Shown: piece by piece, positions 19,997 through 30,012 of the stretch
Position numbering within the stretch: the stretch's first letter is position 1
Layout: every line of letters starts with the position of its first letter
Virus record (IMG/VR): IMGVR_UViG_3300023174_003901
Location: 64,001-128,000 of that record
Source: a virus
Taxonomy: Duplodnaviria; Caudoviricetes
DNA length: 64,000 nucleotides
Strand: one strand, 5' to 3'
Made by a program: the position numbers and the translations under genes
Notes under the pieces: model-generated
Databases searched by the model: none
What the model saw: only the letters and a program-made list of their open reading frames with translations
What the model was told of the DNA's origin: nothing

Positions 19997-21137
19997 CGTT
20001 TATTGCTGCCTTGAGATTGTGTAACATTGTGGTAAGTTCTGTCCATAACATTTTTTCAAACCCGCCATTATAAAAGTGATTCCAGTTATGCTCAATAATC
20101 GGAATGCATTTTTTAAACATTTTGTTTTTTTCTTGTTCACTTTGTTGATCGAGTTTTTTTAATAATCGAGTTAGCATTGCGATTCGGATAGTGTCATCAG
20201 TTACTGTATCGTAATGCTCATCCCAAATAGTGTCAAACGTTTTGAAACCATATTGTCGAAGATACGCTAGACTGCCTGCAGGCGCACTCAATACAAAAGG
20301 CATACCCATAGCAATGGGTTTGAAAGTTTTTTCGGTTAGATGCTGTCTACGACCAAAAAATACAGTCTCACTCACATGGTATATCATACTTTCGGCACAC
20401 AAGTCAAATTGATCTAGCCAACAACTGCTCATACGTTGTGTGTCCTCTCCAGAGAATAATCTTGGTAAATCCATCTGAGAAATAGTTTCTAGTATGCCAC
20501 CTTTAAATTCCTCTTGTCCTGGAGACCAATTGTCAGGATATCTGTGTCTATAAAATTTTGCAATATCAACGATATCTTTGTTTTCAACAGGACATACTTT
20601 TGGAGCACTAATATGATTATGCATGAGATCAAACAGTTGAAAAAAGTACAGTTGAATCACTCGATGGCTACGCTCCCCTCCAATTATTCGGTTGGCACTA
20701 AAGAAAGTTTTTTTGATATGTCTTTGCTCAGGCGGCGTAATTAGAAATGCTCGATCATATCCTCTATACCAATCCAGTGCGGCCCAACCGTGGAAGAAAT
20801 AATAAAAAGGTTGCAATCCGTACACTTTGCATATATAATCTACATTGTCACTATTGGTTTCGCTTGTGACTAAGAATTTTTTTTCACTATCGTCATATGC
20901 ATGTGTGCTACTTAAATTGAAAGATTGAAAAGTAGGTAAATGAACACTAAGTTGTACAGGTTCTTGATCAAAAAAGAATATGTTATTTTTTTCTCTACCT
21001 TCTGGTGACCCTCTACACAAGATACTATCAGGATCGCTACGCCCAAATGGATCACAGTAAAATATTGCAGTATCAGGACAGTTTTTTCTTACCCAAGGTA
21101 AAAATGTATTTTCATAAATTTCGTCTATTCTAATCAT
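19977..21137 (-). CDS. Conserved phage protein, possible GT-B-like (family member 3)
   Basis: HVSET..LTEKTFKPI..GFKTF..DEHYD. Confidence 0.5.
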   Translation of the reverse strand: MIRIDEIYENTFLPWVRKNCPDTAIFYCDPFGRSDPDSILCRGSPEGREKNNIFFFDQEPVQLSVHLPTFQSFNLSSTHAYDDSEKKFLVTSETNSDNVDYICKVYGLQPFYYFFHGWAALDWYRGYDRAFLITPPEQRHIKKTFFSANRIIGGERSHRVIQLYFFQLFDLMHNHISAPKVCPVENKDIVDIAKFYRHRYPDNWSPGQEEFKGGILETISQMDLPRLFSGEDTQRMSSCWLDQFDLCAESMIYHVSETVFFGRRQHLTEKTFKPIAMGMPFVLSAPAGSLAYLRQYGFKTFDTIWDEHYDTVTDDTIRIAMLTRLLKKLDQQSEQEKNKMFKKCIPIIEHNWNHFYNGGFEKMLWTELTTMLHNLKAAINGDLSSN

Positions 21138-22743
21138 GTTTGATGTATTTTACACAGGCACACCGCCCAAATTGTTTCCGCATGAGCAGCAGGTAGACTC
21201 AATCGAGCAAGCACAACAGCAGAGCCGTACTAGATATTTCTGGTGGATAAATTACTTATCGGACTACTCTGCGTTTGATTTTCTTTGGCAACCTGTGCCT
21301 TGGGAAAGTGATCAGATGCATGTGTGGCCCAGCCAGCATCAGTCCAATGGCGGGACTGCATTGGTGCCACGTGAGTACGATCATGTGAATAGATCACACC
21401 CTGTAGTGCCTCGACGAATCGGTGCGCCGCGCTTGCATATTAAACACAACCCAGATAGTGATAATGCTGGTGATATTAATGTGCGTTATGTGTCTGATTA
21501 CCTGGGTACTATGCGTAGGGTATTGAGTAAGACCAAATGGGAATATTGTTGGATCACCAGCGATGTTTGTGATTATGCCGACTTTGACTTCTCCTGGCAT
21601 CCTAGCGAGTGGCAGTTAGATATGCTTCATGTATTTGCCAGCAATGAACAAAAATTCGGGGATACATTCTATGTACATGTGCCCAGTTTCTTGGCCAAGA
21701 CCAAAAATTTAAAAGTGCTAGAATGGTTTGAAACTTTGAACTTTATCAAGGACCGACCAGTACCCAGACTACCAATGCCCCAAGTCAAGTACATAGATGA
21801 TAGTATTGCCACAGCAGTATGGAAACACGAATTTGCAACTCCATTGGTTGAATTCTGTCAAACAGTGACTTTGGGCAACCATGTACCTACAGTAAGTCTA
21901 TGGCAAGAGAGTACTAAAACAGTGATGCCTCTCAGTAAAGGACATGCTACCGCTGTTGTACCCAGAGAGTGCAAGAATTACATCAAGACACAGATTTACG
22001 ATTATCCTTACATTGACAAAACTAAAATCACTCTAAATGAAACTCCGATGGATATTGTGTTTATTTCAAACGGAGAAAACGAAGCCGAAACCAACTATCA
22101 ACGACTCATGCAAAGTACCAAGGCCTGGTACAACAGTAGCCTTAACAAGATACATCGAGTGCAAAATGTTAACGGCCGTGTGGCTGCCTATCATGCAGCC
22201 GCTGAAGTTAGTACAACACCTTGGTTCTTTGCTGTTTTCGCCAAACTACAAGTTGAACAAAACTTTGATTGGTCGTGGCAGCCAGATCGCATGCAACAGG
22301 CCAAGCACTATATCTTTCATGCCAAGAATCCTGTGAATGGTCTGGTATATGGGCACCAGGCCATGATTGCCTACAATCGTCGACTGACCCTGGCCAACAC
22401 AGGACATGGACTAGACTTTACTCTTGACGATTTACACGAAGTTGTGCCTATCTTGTCGGGCACGGCCAACTACTACACAAGTTCATGGATGTGTTGGCGC
22501 ACAGCATTTCGAGAGGTGTTAAAATTACGGGCCAGTTTGCCCGATGTGGAAAATGAGTATAGATTGAATCAGTGGCTGACCAAAGATAACACTCCCGACC
22601 AATGGAGTATCAAAGGTGCCCAGGATGCTGTAGAGTACTATGAATCAGTCAGTGGAGACTTTGAACAACTGAGAAAGAGTTATGAGTGGGCTTGGTTGGC
22701 CACTTATGCCTTGATCAAACGAGGTCTAACAACTGATCGATAA
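21136..22743 (+). CDS. Multi-repeat glycosyltransferase-like protein
   Basis: Repeated FDF.W.P..W motifs; C-terminal domain like 6277..7203. Confidence 0.5.
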   Translation: MFDVFYTGTPPKLFPHEQQVDSIEQAQQQSRTRYFWWINYLSDYSAFDFLWQPVPWESDQMHVWPSQHQSNGGTALVPREYDHVNRSHPVVPRRIGAPRLHIKHNPDSDNAGDINVRYVSDYLGTMRRVLSKTKWEYCWITSDVCDYADFDFSWHPSEWQLDMLHVFASNEQKFGDTFYVHVPSFLAKTKNLKVLEWFETLNFIKDRPVPRLPMPQVKYIDDSIATAVWKHEFATPLVEFCQTVTLGNHVPTVSLWQESTKTVMPLSKGHATAVVPRECKNYIKTQIYDYPYIDKTKITLNETPMDIVFISNGENEAETNYQRLMQSTKAWYNSSLNKIHRVQNVNGRVAAYHAAAEVSTTPWFFAVFAKLQVEQNFDWSWQPDRMQQAKHYIFHAKNPVNGLVYGHQAMIAYNRRLTLANTGHGLDFTLDDLHEVVPILSGTANYYTSSWMCWRTAFREVLKLRASLPDVENEYRLNQWLTKDNTPDQWSIKGAQDAVEYYESVSGDFEQLRKSYEWAWLATYALIKRGLTTDR

Positions 22744-23809
22744 TGTATTCCACTTCCAAGTCTGACAACTCAGGGTAGATAGGCAAACTCAAACAGCGTC
22801 TGCTTAGTGATGATGCTGGACTTAGTAAATCTGGGCCAGTAAGATTTCGATAAGCAGGCAATTCATGCAAAGGCTCAGCATAGTGTACCTTGGTTTCGAT
22901 CTTGCGTATGGCAAGATTACGTTGCACAATATCTCTGGCATCCACCTCAATCACAAACTTGTGATAGCAATGCGTTGAGAAGTTAGTATCGTCGATCAAG
23001 GTGCGTATACCAGTGTTCTTTAATCGTTCGATCCAGTGACGGGCAATCTCAGCCCTGCGTTTTTGCCAAGCATCAATATAACGTGTCTTGATCATCATCT
23101 GAGCACAGTCTGTTTCGCTCATCCTTGAATTTGATCCAGTTTCAGCGTGTCGAGTATGCTTGCCGTTGTTCACCCAGTTTCTTGCATAGTCCAAGAGATT
23201 TCTATCATCTGACACTATGGCACCGCCATTGCCGTAGTTGCCTAAATTTTTCATAGGGTCAAAACTGATGGTCGCGGCACCACCTTGTCTCTTACACCCG
23301 TTGCTTAACCAGTGCTGGGCCGCATCTTCAATCAACAATGCCCGACTTTCGATTAGTTGTATGTCACGCAAGGCCGCACCATACAAGCCCACAGCACACA
23401 CAGCATGGTAGTGTGTGTCCATGTCACTGAGCAACTTTCTCACGTCAATCTGACCGTAGTAGTCAGTATCCGCAATTATGACCTGCCAGCCTGCTCGTAT
23501 GAAAGCATTAGCAGTGGCCGGATAGGTCAAGGCAGGTACAACCACAGTGGGAGGCTTAACAAACGCCAAGTCCTGGTCACGATAGAACCCGGCTATGATC
23601 TCAAGTGCCTGTGTGCCCGAGTGACAAGTCACAGCATAACTCACGTGATTTTTCTTGGCCAGCCAGTTTTCAAATTCAGCAGTATAGTTGCCGCCCATAA
23701 GAATACCCGAACGCAACACTTCATCTGTTGCATCCAGGATTTCTGTTCTCAGGGTATTATACTGCTTTCTTAGACCAGTAAAGGGGATAGTAAGGCCGGT
23801 GGTTGTCAT
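22715..23809 (-). CDS. DegT/DnrJ/EryC1/StrS sugar aminotransferase
   Basis: IEDAAQ, SFDPMKNLG PLP lysine, LSLPIYP. Confidence 0.92.
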   Translation of the reverse strand: MTTTGLTIPFTGLRKQYNTLRTEILDATDEVLRSGILMGGNYTAEFENWLAKKNHVSYAVTCHSGTQALEIIAGFYRDQDLAFVKPPTVVVPALTYPATANAFIRAGWQVIIADTDYYGQIDVRKLLSDMDTHYHAVCAVGLYGAALRDIQLIESRALLIEDAAQHWLSNGCKRQGGAATISFDPMKNLGNYGNGGAIVSDDRNLLDYARNWVNNGKHTRHAETGSNSRMSETDCAQMMIKTRYIDAWQKRRAEIARHWIERLKNTGIRTLIDDTNFSTHCYHKFVIEVDARDIVQRNLAIRKIETKVHYAEPLHELPAYRNLTGPDLLSPASSLSRRCLSLPIYPELSDLEVEYIIDQLLDLV

Positions 23810-24765
23810 TTGTTCCAGTAAGGCGATTCACTCAACCACTTGTAGTAATTTTGGAATCCTTCTTCAACGTCTACTTTGGGATCAAATCCCAAAATCACTC
23901 GTGCGCGATCGATACACAATGCACCACGTGTGGGAAAGTCCGCATCTCTATCACGACATTCAATTGTGCCCTTACCCACAATCTTCACAATCATTTCTGC
24001 GGCTTCTAACAAACTTACCGAGTGTGATTTGGTAATATTATATGTGCGATTTGCCGCCATAATTCTTGTGGCTGCCGCAACAATTCCATCTGCCGCATCA
24101 TCAACATAGGTGAAGTCAAGTGTTTCTGCGGCTCCGTTAACTCGTAGAACATCACCACGCATGGCCTGGAGCATAAACTTTGCAACCACCCGGTCTTCCA
24201 CATCAAGTGGGCCATACACAGCACTAGGGCGAACAATAGCATAATCGAAAGCGCCGCGTCTGTGGTAGTCTTTGACAATGTCTTCTCCTGCCAGTTTCAT
24301 GATGCCGTATTGACCAATGGGTCGGCACTCTGCTTCTTCTTCCACTTGGTCTGCAAAGTCACCATACACCATGCTTGAACTTATATATACCACACGCTCT
24401 ACACCGTGCTTTTTGGCACCCTCACAAATGTTCATCAAACCTTCCATCATGACCCTGGCACCCACAGCAGGGTTGGCATTGACAACTTTCTGTCTAGGGA
24501 AACTCGCCATGTGGATAATAACTTCGGGTTTGTGATTCTTTACAATTTGATCAAACTTGACGCCATCGACGATGTCTGTGTAGTATACATCTGTTGGATT
24601 AATCTTTTTCCAACGTTCCGCCATCAAGTAATCTAGTTCGTCTTGTGGTATGATACCATATGTAGTGCGGTTATCTACAATCACAACATCGTCGCCGCGT
24701 TTTTGCAAACGTTGCACTACATTGTGCCCAATAAGACCTAGTCCACCTGTTACTAAAAATTTCAT
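23806..24765 (-). CDS. NAD-dependent epimerase/dehydratase
   Basis: TGGLGLIG; YGIMK (YxxxK); DFTYVDD. Confidence 0.9.
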   Translation of the reverse strand: MKFLVTGGLGLIGHNVVQRLQKRGDDVVIVDNRTTYGIIPQDELDYLMAERWKKINPTDVYYTDIVDGVKFDQIVKNHKPEVIIHMASFPRQKVVNANPAVGARVMMEGLMNICEGAKKHGVERVVYISSSMVYGDFADQVEEEAECRPIGQYGIMKLAGEDIVKDYHRRGAFDYAIVRPSAVYGPLDVEDRVVAKFMLQAMRGDVLRVNGAAETLDFTYVDDAADGIVAAATRIMAANRTYNITKSHSVSLLEAAEMIVKIVGKGTIECRDRDADFPTRGALCIDRARVILGFDPKVDVEEGFQNYYKWLSESPYWNK

Positions 24766-25088
24766 TTTATGCTACTCCATTTGAGTTTAAAATAAGTTTG
24801 ATCTGCTTCTTTCAACCTGGCCACAACATAGTAGCGATACCCAAATGATTCCATGTCTGGCTGCCGAGTCCAAAAAGGAGGCTCTACAGCATGCGCCATA
24901 ACCCAGGCACCGGCTTCGCTTTGTTGCCAGTCGTATAAAGGTTGTGACGCATACATGTCCGGATCTTCTACATCGCCCATGGGAAAGTGATGCACAACCA
25001 CATCACTATAGGCAACCGCAACACCATCAATTACTTTGACTTCTCGGGGTTGGGATAGATTGGATTGTTCGGAAAGATATTTGGCCAT
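24762..25088 (-). CDS. Hypothetical protein
   Basis: 108-aa ORF, coupled. Confidence 0.65.
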   Translation of the reverse strand: MAKYLSEQSNLSQPREVKVIDGVAVAYSDVVVHHFPMGDVEDPDMYASQPLYDWQQSEAGAWVMAHAVEPPFWTRQPDMESFGYRYYVVARLKEADQTYFKLKWSSIK

Positions 25089-25108
25089 ACACTAGTATAG
25101 CAGATGGA

Positions 25109-25780
25109 TCAAGTTTTTGCAACTAGATCTTTAGCCATTGGAAAGATTGCGGCAATGGCTCGAGCACATTCAACTGCCACCGCTTGGTGTTCTAGTTGTG
25201 TGCCATTACCTGAACGTAGTTCAATAAAATGAATCCATGATCGTAAGGTGCCGTTCATGTACAAACGGCTTTGAATCAAGCCTTCAGGTAACACTGCACG
25301 TGCCTGTTCTTTGGCAATACCGTTCTTGATAGCCCATTCGTACTCGCGTCTGGCAGCATAGATGACCCGCTGTTGAGCACGATACCATTCGTTCTCCAAC
25401 AAGTTATCGTCGTGCTCTATGCTGTTTTGTCGATTCTTTGCGTCTTGAAGTCTTCCACTGCGGGTAACGAATTCAAGATCCGTTGTCGGGTCAGCATATC
25501 GTTGACTGAATTCTTGGAAACTGAAACTTCTGTGTCTGAGGATTTGCCGTGCAATATCTCGTGTTGTCGTAATTTCCATGCAAGCACTGACCATTTCGAG
25601 TGGACTCCAGTGTTGGTGTCGCACAAGGTATCGGATGAGTTTTTCGCTGGTTTCATTGTTGAACTGGTTGGAGGGATTGGATACTCGTGCGCAGAAAGCG
25701 ATAAGTTCTTGAGCATCGTCAATGCCCTGGGCTCTAAAGTCTTCTGTTGGTTGTGAATAGGAGACAAGTTTGACATTCAT
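25109..25780 (-). CDS. thyX: Flavin-dependent thymidylate synthase
   Basis: H.SPLE and RHRSFSFQEFSQR signature. Confidence 0.95.
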   Translation of the reverse strand: MNVKLVSYSQPTEDFRAQGIDDAQELIAFCARVSNPSNQFNNETSEKLIRYLVRHQHWSPLEMVSACMEITTTRDIARQILRHRSFSFQEFSQRYADPTTDLEFVTRSGRLQDAKNRQNSIEHDDNLLENEWYRAQQRVIYAARREYEWAIKNGIAKEQARAVLPEGLIQSRLYMNGTLRSWIHFIELRSGNGTQLEHQAVAVECARAIAAIFPMAKDLVAKT

Positions 25781-26079
25781 AGATCTTTTAATAGTTTATC
25801 AGTTTCGGGTTGGATCAGCCGAGCCACAGCATTGACATCAACTGCAAAGTCAATATCACGCACTAGGTCACCAAGTTCAATGAGATTTCTAGTGAGATAC
25901 GATTCAATTTCTTCTAGATCAAAACCATCGCGTTTGAGTCGAGCAAGGTTAATGGTCTTTCGACGACCACTTTGCAGTCGAATAACAATTTTGTTAATAC
26001 ACTCTAACGGAACTTCGGTTTTGTCTACACCGGAAATTATATGATCCCACTGCTTAAGAAATTCATCACTCAGTTGCAT
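25777..26079 (-). CDS. Hypothetical protein
   Basis: ORF, probable start MQLSDEF. Confidence 0.65.
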   Translation of the reverse strand: MQLSDEFLKQWDHIISGVDKTEVPLECINKIVIRLQSGRRKTINLARLKRDGFDLEEIESYLTRNLIELGDLVRDIDFAVDVNAVARLIQPETDKLLKDL

Positions 26080-26803
26080 GAGCCACAGCAGGTTTACGTC
26101 CACGCTTTTTGGGCGCAGGTGTTTCTGTTTCTACTGTGGGGATTGGAGACATCTTGGGAAGGTCCATCATCTTCACACCAGGAAACATTCTCTCTGCTTC
26201 TTTGCGCATACGTGCGGCTTCGTTGATCATACCAGTGGCTTCGTTGTGCATGCGCACAGCCTGTGTCAGCATGTTGGCAGCCAGGCTCTTGTCATCCAAG
26301 GCACCATCTGATGGTGCGGCAGTATAACCTGCTTGTGCTTTAGGTGCTTGTTGTTCGGCTTTGTATTGTGCTTCTGCGGCACGTTTTTGTTTGGGATCAA
26401 CCAGGCCTCTTGCGCCGTCAATCTCGGCCATCTTGCGCACAGCGTCTTCGCCTTTTTTCATTTCATTAAGGATCTTGTTGAGTTCAACCAGTTTGACATT
26501 GCTGTTCATAGTAGGTGTCATCAACACTTGTTCGGTGTTCACACGTTTCATCATGCGTTCAGCATGTAATGCATTTAAGATATTGCGACCATCTGGTAGA
26601 AAATTGCGGTTGAGTGCGTCAGCGAACTCTTCAGCGGCTTGTCCTACTGGACTTTCTAACACTCTCATGATGGTGTCGTGCCAGTGTGACGCCAACAGGT
26701 CTGGATAGATGCACAAGCACATGTGATCGTCACCTGGGATTTGTCTAAAAATAATAACAACCTTACGGTCGCCGTGTTTGCCTATGTGTTTTAAAAATGC
26801 CAT
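26066..26803 (-). CDS. Hypothetical protein
   Basis: Start MAFLKH after GGAG RBS. Confidence 0.7.
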   Translation of the reverse strand: MAFLKHIGKHGDRKVVIIFRQIPGDDHMCLCIYPDLLASHWHDTIMRVLESPVGQAAEEFADALNRNFLPDGRNILNALHAERMMKRVNTEQVLMTPTMNSNVKLVELNKILNEMKKGEDAVRKMAEIDGARGLVDPKQKRAAEAQYKAEQQAPKAQAGYTAAPSDGALDDKSLAANMLTQAVRMHNEATGMINEAARMRKEAERMFPGVKMMDLPKMSPIPTVETETPAPKKRGRKPAVAHATE

Positions 26804-26804
26804 G

Positions 26805-27047
26805 CTATTCTCCTTGAGTTGGTGTGGCTGGCTCAGTAGGCTCTTGTTCAGCGTCCGGAGCCTGGGCTTGTGCTTCGGCGGCTTCTTGGGCACTGATAAT
26901 AAAGTTAGTCAGGCGTTCAAATATCAGCCCCACATCCTTCATCTCTTCCCCACGAAAAGCGCCGCGCTGGCAAGCCAGGTCGATGATGTTGCGTATTCCG
27001 GCAAGATCAGCAATAGTGAATTGTGTTGATTCAGTCGTGTCGTTCAT
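26805..27047 (-). CDS. Small acidic hypothetical protein
   Basis: 80-aa ORF with TAAATA upstream (27053-27058). Confidence 0.7.
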   Translation of the reverse strand: MNDTTESTQFTIADLAGIRNIIDLACQRGAFRGEEMKDVGLIFERLTNFIISAQEAAEAQAQAPDAEQEPTEPATPTQGE

Positions 27048-27062
27048 ATAGATATTTACAAC

Positions 27063-27098
27063 AAAAAATCCCCGTAGTTATATTTTTACAGGGATTTT
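27063..27098 (-). terminator. Intrinsic terminator
   Basis: aaaatccctgta..tacggggattttt. Confidence 0.65.
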
Positions 27099-27286
27099 GG
27101 TAAAATTGGCACTGCTGACCTCCATTTGATATATCCACCATTGGTCGCACTCCACGGACAATATTGTTCCCATAGTTCTTGGCCTGTGTCGGAATTCTCT
27201 TTGATCAGTTGGTCTATACCGGGTCGAGTCGTATATCCGTCCAAACTCCAGTTGTGATTTTTCAGCGCAGTTTCAAGTTCATTCAC
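27086..27286 (-). CDS. Hypothetical protein
   Basis: 66-aa coupled ORF. Confidence 0.55.
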   Translation of the reverse strand: MNELETALKNHNWSLDGYTTRPGIDQLIKENSDTGQELWEQYCPWSATNGGYIKWRSAVPILPKSL

Positions 27287-27513
27287 GATGCAACTCCAAA
27301 ATGTTCTTTAATTCTCATGCCGTTTGTTTTGGTAATATATCCACAACCAACTGAATTGGATCTCTCCGTATCGGAAATCTCAGCACATTCTTCTACAATC
27401 AATCGGGCGAATTTCTCAATATCAAAGTGCTCGTCAATCATGAATGTTCTGTTGCCATACACTTGATTCCAGGCACCGCACTCACGTGCAAATTTTTCTA
27501 TGCGTTGGTTCAT
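27283..27513 (-). CDS. Hypothetical protein
   Basis: 76-aa coupled ORF. Confidence 0.6.
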   Translation of the reverse strand: MNQRIEKFARECGAWNQVYGNRTFMIDEHFDIEKFARLIVEECAEISDTERSNSVGCGYITKTNGMRIKEHFGVAS

Positions 27514-28781
27514 TACTCGGCCTCGTCATAGTAGGCATATTGACCCCAAGGTGGCTCAATGGTTGTGGTACCATGCAAGATCCAAACAGTATCTGCATAG
27601 TTCTCATCACCCCAAGATCCAAAAGGGTAGCCGTCTGTGAACACAACCAGGCGCTTGGGCTCAATTTCATTGTCCTTTAAATACTTGAACATGCAATCAA
27701 AGTCTGTGCCACCACCACCTTGTATCTCGTATCCAGTAATGTCTTCCAGGTTGTCCGAATCGTATTGCTGTGGGTTGTACACTTCGGTATCAAAACTTGC
27801 CACATGGATTCGGTATGCTGGAAACGATTCCATAATACTGGCAGTCTCGCTTAAAATATCCTTGAGCATGGCATCGTCCATTGAGCCCGAAGCGTCAATC
27901 ATGAGTGCAATATCAATCATGGGATCCAGTTTCATACCGGGCATGACCGCATCCATGTGCCAACCTTTGCGGCTGGCTCTCATCCAGGTGTAGTCACTCT
28001 TGATAGTGCTCTCTAATTGCATGCGCAACAATTCACGCCAGTCCATCTTGGGCTCAGTTAGATCCTTGATCAGTCGCTTGACGCCTGCCGGAATATTGCC
28101 TGCATCTGAAGCACTGGCGGCTGCCAACATGGCCTCTTTGATCTCGTCCTTGATCTGCTGACGATCTTCTTTGCTCAAACGCGGACGACCTTTGCCTTCT
28201 TGGTCGCCAGCACCACTGCCATCTTGCTCGTCGTCACCATCTATATGCTCGTCGATCATCTTGTCCAAAAGGCTACTGATATCAATCTTGTCTGCTTTTT
28301 CGTACAAGATATCATACACTTCTTCGGCACTCATGCCATCATACTTGTGATCGTATAAACATGGAACTGAAGTAATAAACTCACCCACATGGTGCTTCTT
28401 CAAGTCTGCGTTCACACAGAAGTCATCAGCAATGTTCCACAACTGTGGATTACGGTCGCCCCTGCGTCCAAAGTGATCATAAACACAATGCAGGACCTCA
28501 TGACCAAACAAGAACTCAACTTCTTTGGGACGCAACATCTTGATGAAGCGAGCATTGTAGTAGAAATTGCGACCGTCTGTTGCGGCAGTGGCACACCACT
28601 CGTCAGCATTAACCAGTTTCAAACGAGTTGCAAGGTTGCCAAAGAAACTGGCCTTTAATAGCAAACCCACCCGAGCAGTGATCAAGATTTCACGCACCTC
28701 TCGGTCTAGTTTGGGATCAGTTGGACCAATAAGGTCAGCGAACTTTTTAGCGTCTTCTTTTGATACTGTGGTTGTGGTCAT
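27513..28781 (-). CDS. HExxH metallopeptidase-like + vWA domain protein (DUF2201-like)
   Basis: HEVLH; IDASGS MIDAS; GGGT; FTDG. Confidence 0.85.
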   Translation of the reverse strand: MTTTTVSKEDAKKFADLIGPTDPKLDREVREILITARVGLLLKASFFGNLATRLKLVNADEWCATAATDGRNFYYNARFIKMLRPKEVEFLFGHEVLHCVYDHFGRRGDRNPQLWNIADDFCVNADLKKHHVGEFITSVPCLYDHKYDGMSAEEVYDILYEKADKIDISSLLDKMIDEHIDGDDEQDGSGAGDQEGKGRPRLSKEDRQQIKDEIKEAMLAAASASDAGNIPAGVKRLIKDLTEPKMDWRELLRMQLESTIKSDYTWMRASRKGWHMDAVMPGMKLDPMIDIALMIDASGSMDDAMLKDILSETASIMESFPAYRIHVASFDTEVYNPQQYDSDNLEDITGYEIQGGGGTDFDCMFKYLKDNEIEPKRLVVFTDGYPFGSWGDENYADTVWILHGTTTIEPPWGQYAYYDEAE

Positions 28782-28807
28782 TGCAGTCCTCTATTGTCTA
28801 TGTATAT

Positions 28808-28836
28808 ATTATAACACTTCATGAATATGTAGTCAA
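28808..28836 (-). promoter_or_regulatory. sigma70-like promoter
   Basis: TTGACT-N17-TATAAT. Confidence 0.8.
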
Positions 28837-28872
28837 ACACAATAAAAATAGGACCCAGGGGCCCTATCCTGT

Positions 28873-29955
28873 TTAGGCTGATGCCTGCAAAATGTACTTG
28901 CCATAACGCTGATGGAACTCGTCAAAGTTCTTCAACTTGCTGGGCTGAAACGGCAGGTTGTATGTAGTAAGTGCAATTCTGGCACCCATCACAACCAACT
29001 CTGTTTCAAAGTTCTTCATCATGTAACCAAAGAAGTTGTCACTCATCTCGTGGAACTTCTTGTCTTCGACCTTGGTTTCTACTGCACCTTTGAGTTCATA
29101 GCACATGGAGATGACCAAACTGTACATGGCACTGACTTCTTTTACGTTCAAGTCCTTGACCTTGCCTGACAAGATGTCAGTTGGATTGGGCATCTTTGAC
29201 GCAACCTTGCGGTGAGCCATAAACTTAACCGCCAAACCTTCGCCCACAGTACCAGCAATCAAGTTGGTCACAGTATCGTTGTCTTCTTCCTCGTCCAACA
29301 ACTGGCTCACAAAGGTCCACGAACGTGGTGTAGCAAAGGCACGGCTGGCACTCTTTGCATCAAAGTCGTACAGGTCCTGCTTGGCAAAACTCAAGTAACC
29401 CACCACGTCTTTGTGGATGTTATTGTTCACTGCCCACTCTTGCCAACTAGGAAAGTCCACTTTCATCTCTTGGTGGATGAAGCGGTTTGCCAGCGGAGTT
29501 GGCATTCTATAAGTAACACCCTTGTCGCTCTCACGGTTACCTGCGGCAACCATTACAACATTGCTGGGTAACCGATACTTGCCAATGCGTCGATTCAAAA
29601 TTAGTTGATAAGCGGCACTCTGGACAGACGGTGCGGCACTATTCAGTTCGTCCAAGAACAGCACCACAACAGGATACTGGCTGGCAGTGACCTCATCGGG
29701 CAGTTCCACAGGCTCGGCCCAGTCCATCTTGCCAATGTCCTTGTTGTAAAAAGGAATACCGCGGATGTCTGTGGGCTCCATCTGACCCAGACGCAAGTCA
29801 ATCATCAAGCCACCAAGATCTCGGGTAATGCCTTCTACCAATTCGCTTTTGCCAATGCCGGGAGGGCCCCACAAGAACAACGGGCGTTGAACTTTGAATG
29901 CACGGAGCAAACTTTTACGAGCCTGAGCGGCTGTAACGGTGCGTGTTTCTGACAT
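28873..29955 (-). CDS. MoxR-like AAA+ ATPase
   Basis: GPPGIGKS Walker A; LFLDE Walker B; AGNR; PLANRF. Confidence 0.9.
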   Translation of the reverse strand: MSETRTVTAAQARKSLLRAFKVQRPLFLWGPPGIGKSELVEGITRDLGGLMIDLRLGQMEPTDIRGIPFYNKDIGKMDWAEPVELPDEVTASQYPVVVLFLDELNSAAPSVQSAAYQLILNRRIGKYRLPSNVVMVAAGNRESDKGVTYRMPTPLANRFIHQEMKVDFPSWQEWAVNNNIHKDVVGYLSFAKQDLYDFDAKSASRAFATPRSWTFVSQLLDEEEDNDTVTNLIAGTVGEGLAVKFMAHRKVASKMPNPTDILSGKVKDLNVKEVSAMYSLVISMCYELKGAVETKVEDKKFHEMSDNFFGYMMKNFETELVVMGARIALTTYNLPFQPSKLKNFDEFHQRYGKYILQASA

Positions 29956-30012
29956 TGTGTGTTTCCTTTGTTAGTTAAGATAAGTCAATTATATGCGAAA
30001 TGCAATTTTGTG

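Noticed and set aside
25109-25780. Introns or inteins in thyX, the exonuclease or tRNAs
   Set aside because: Lengths are normal and there are no insertion signatures.
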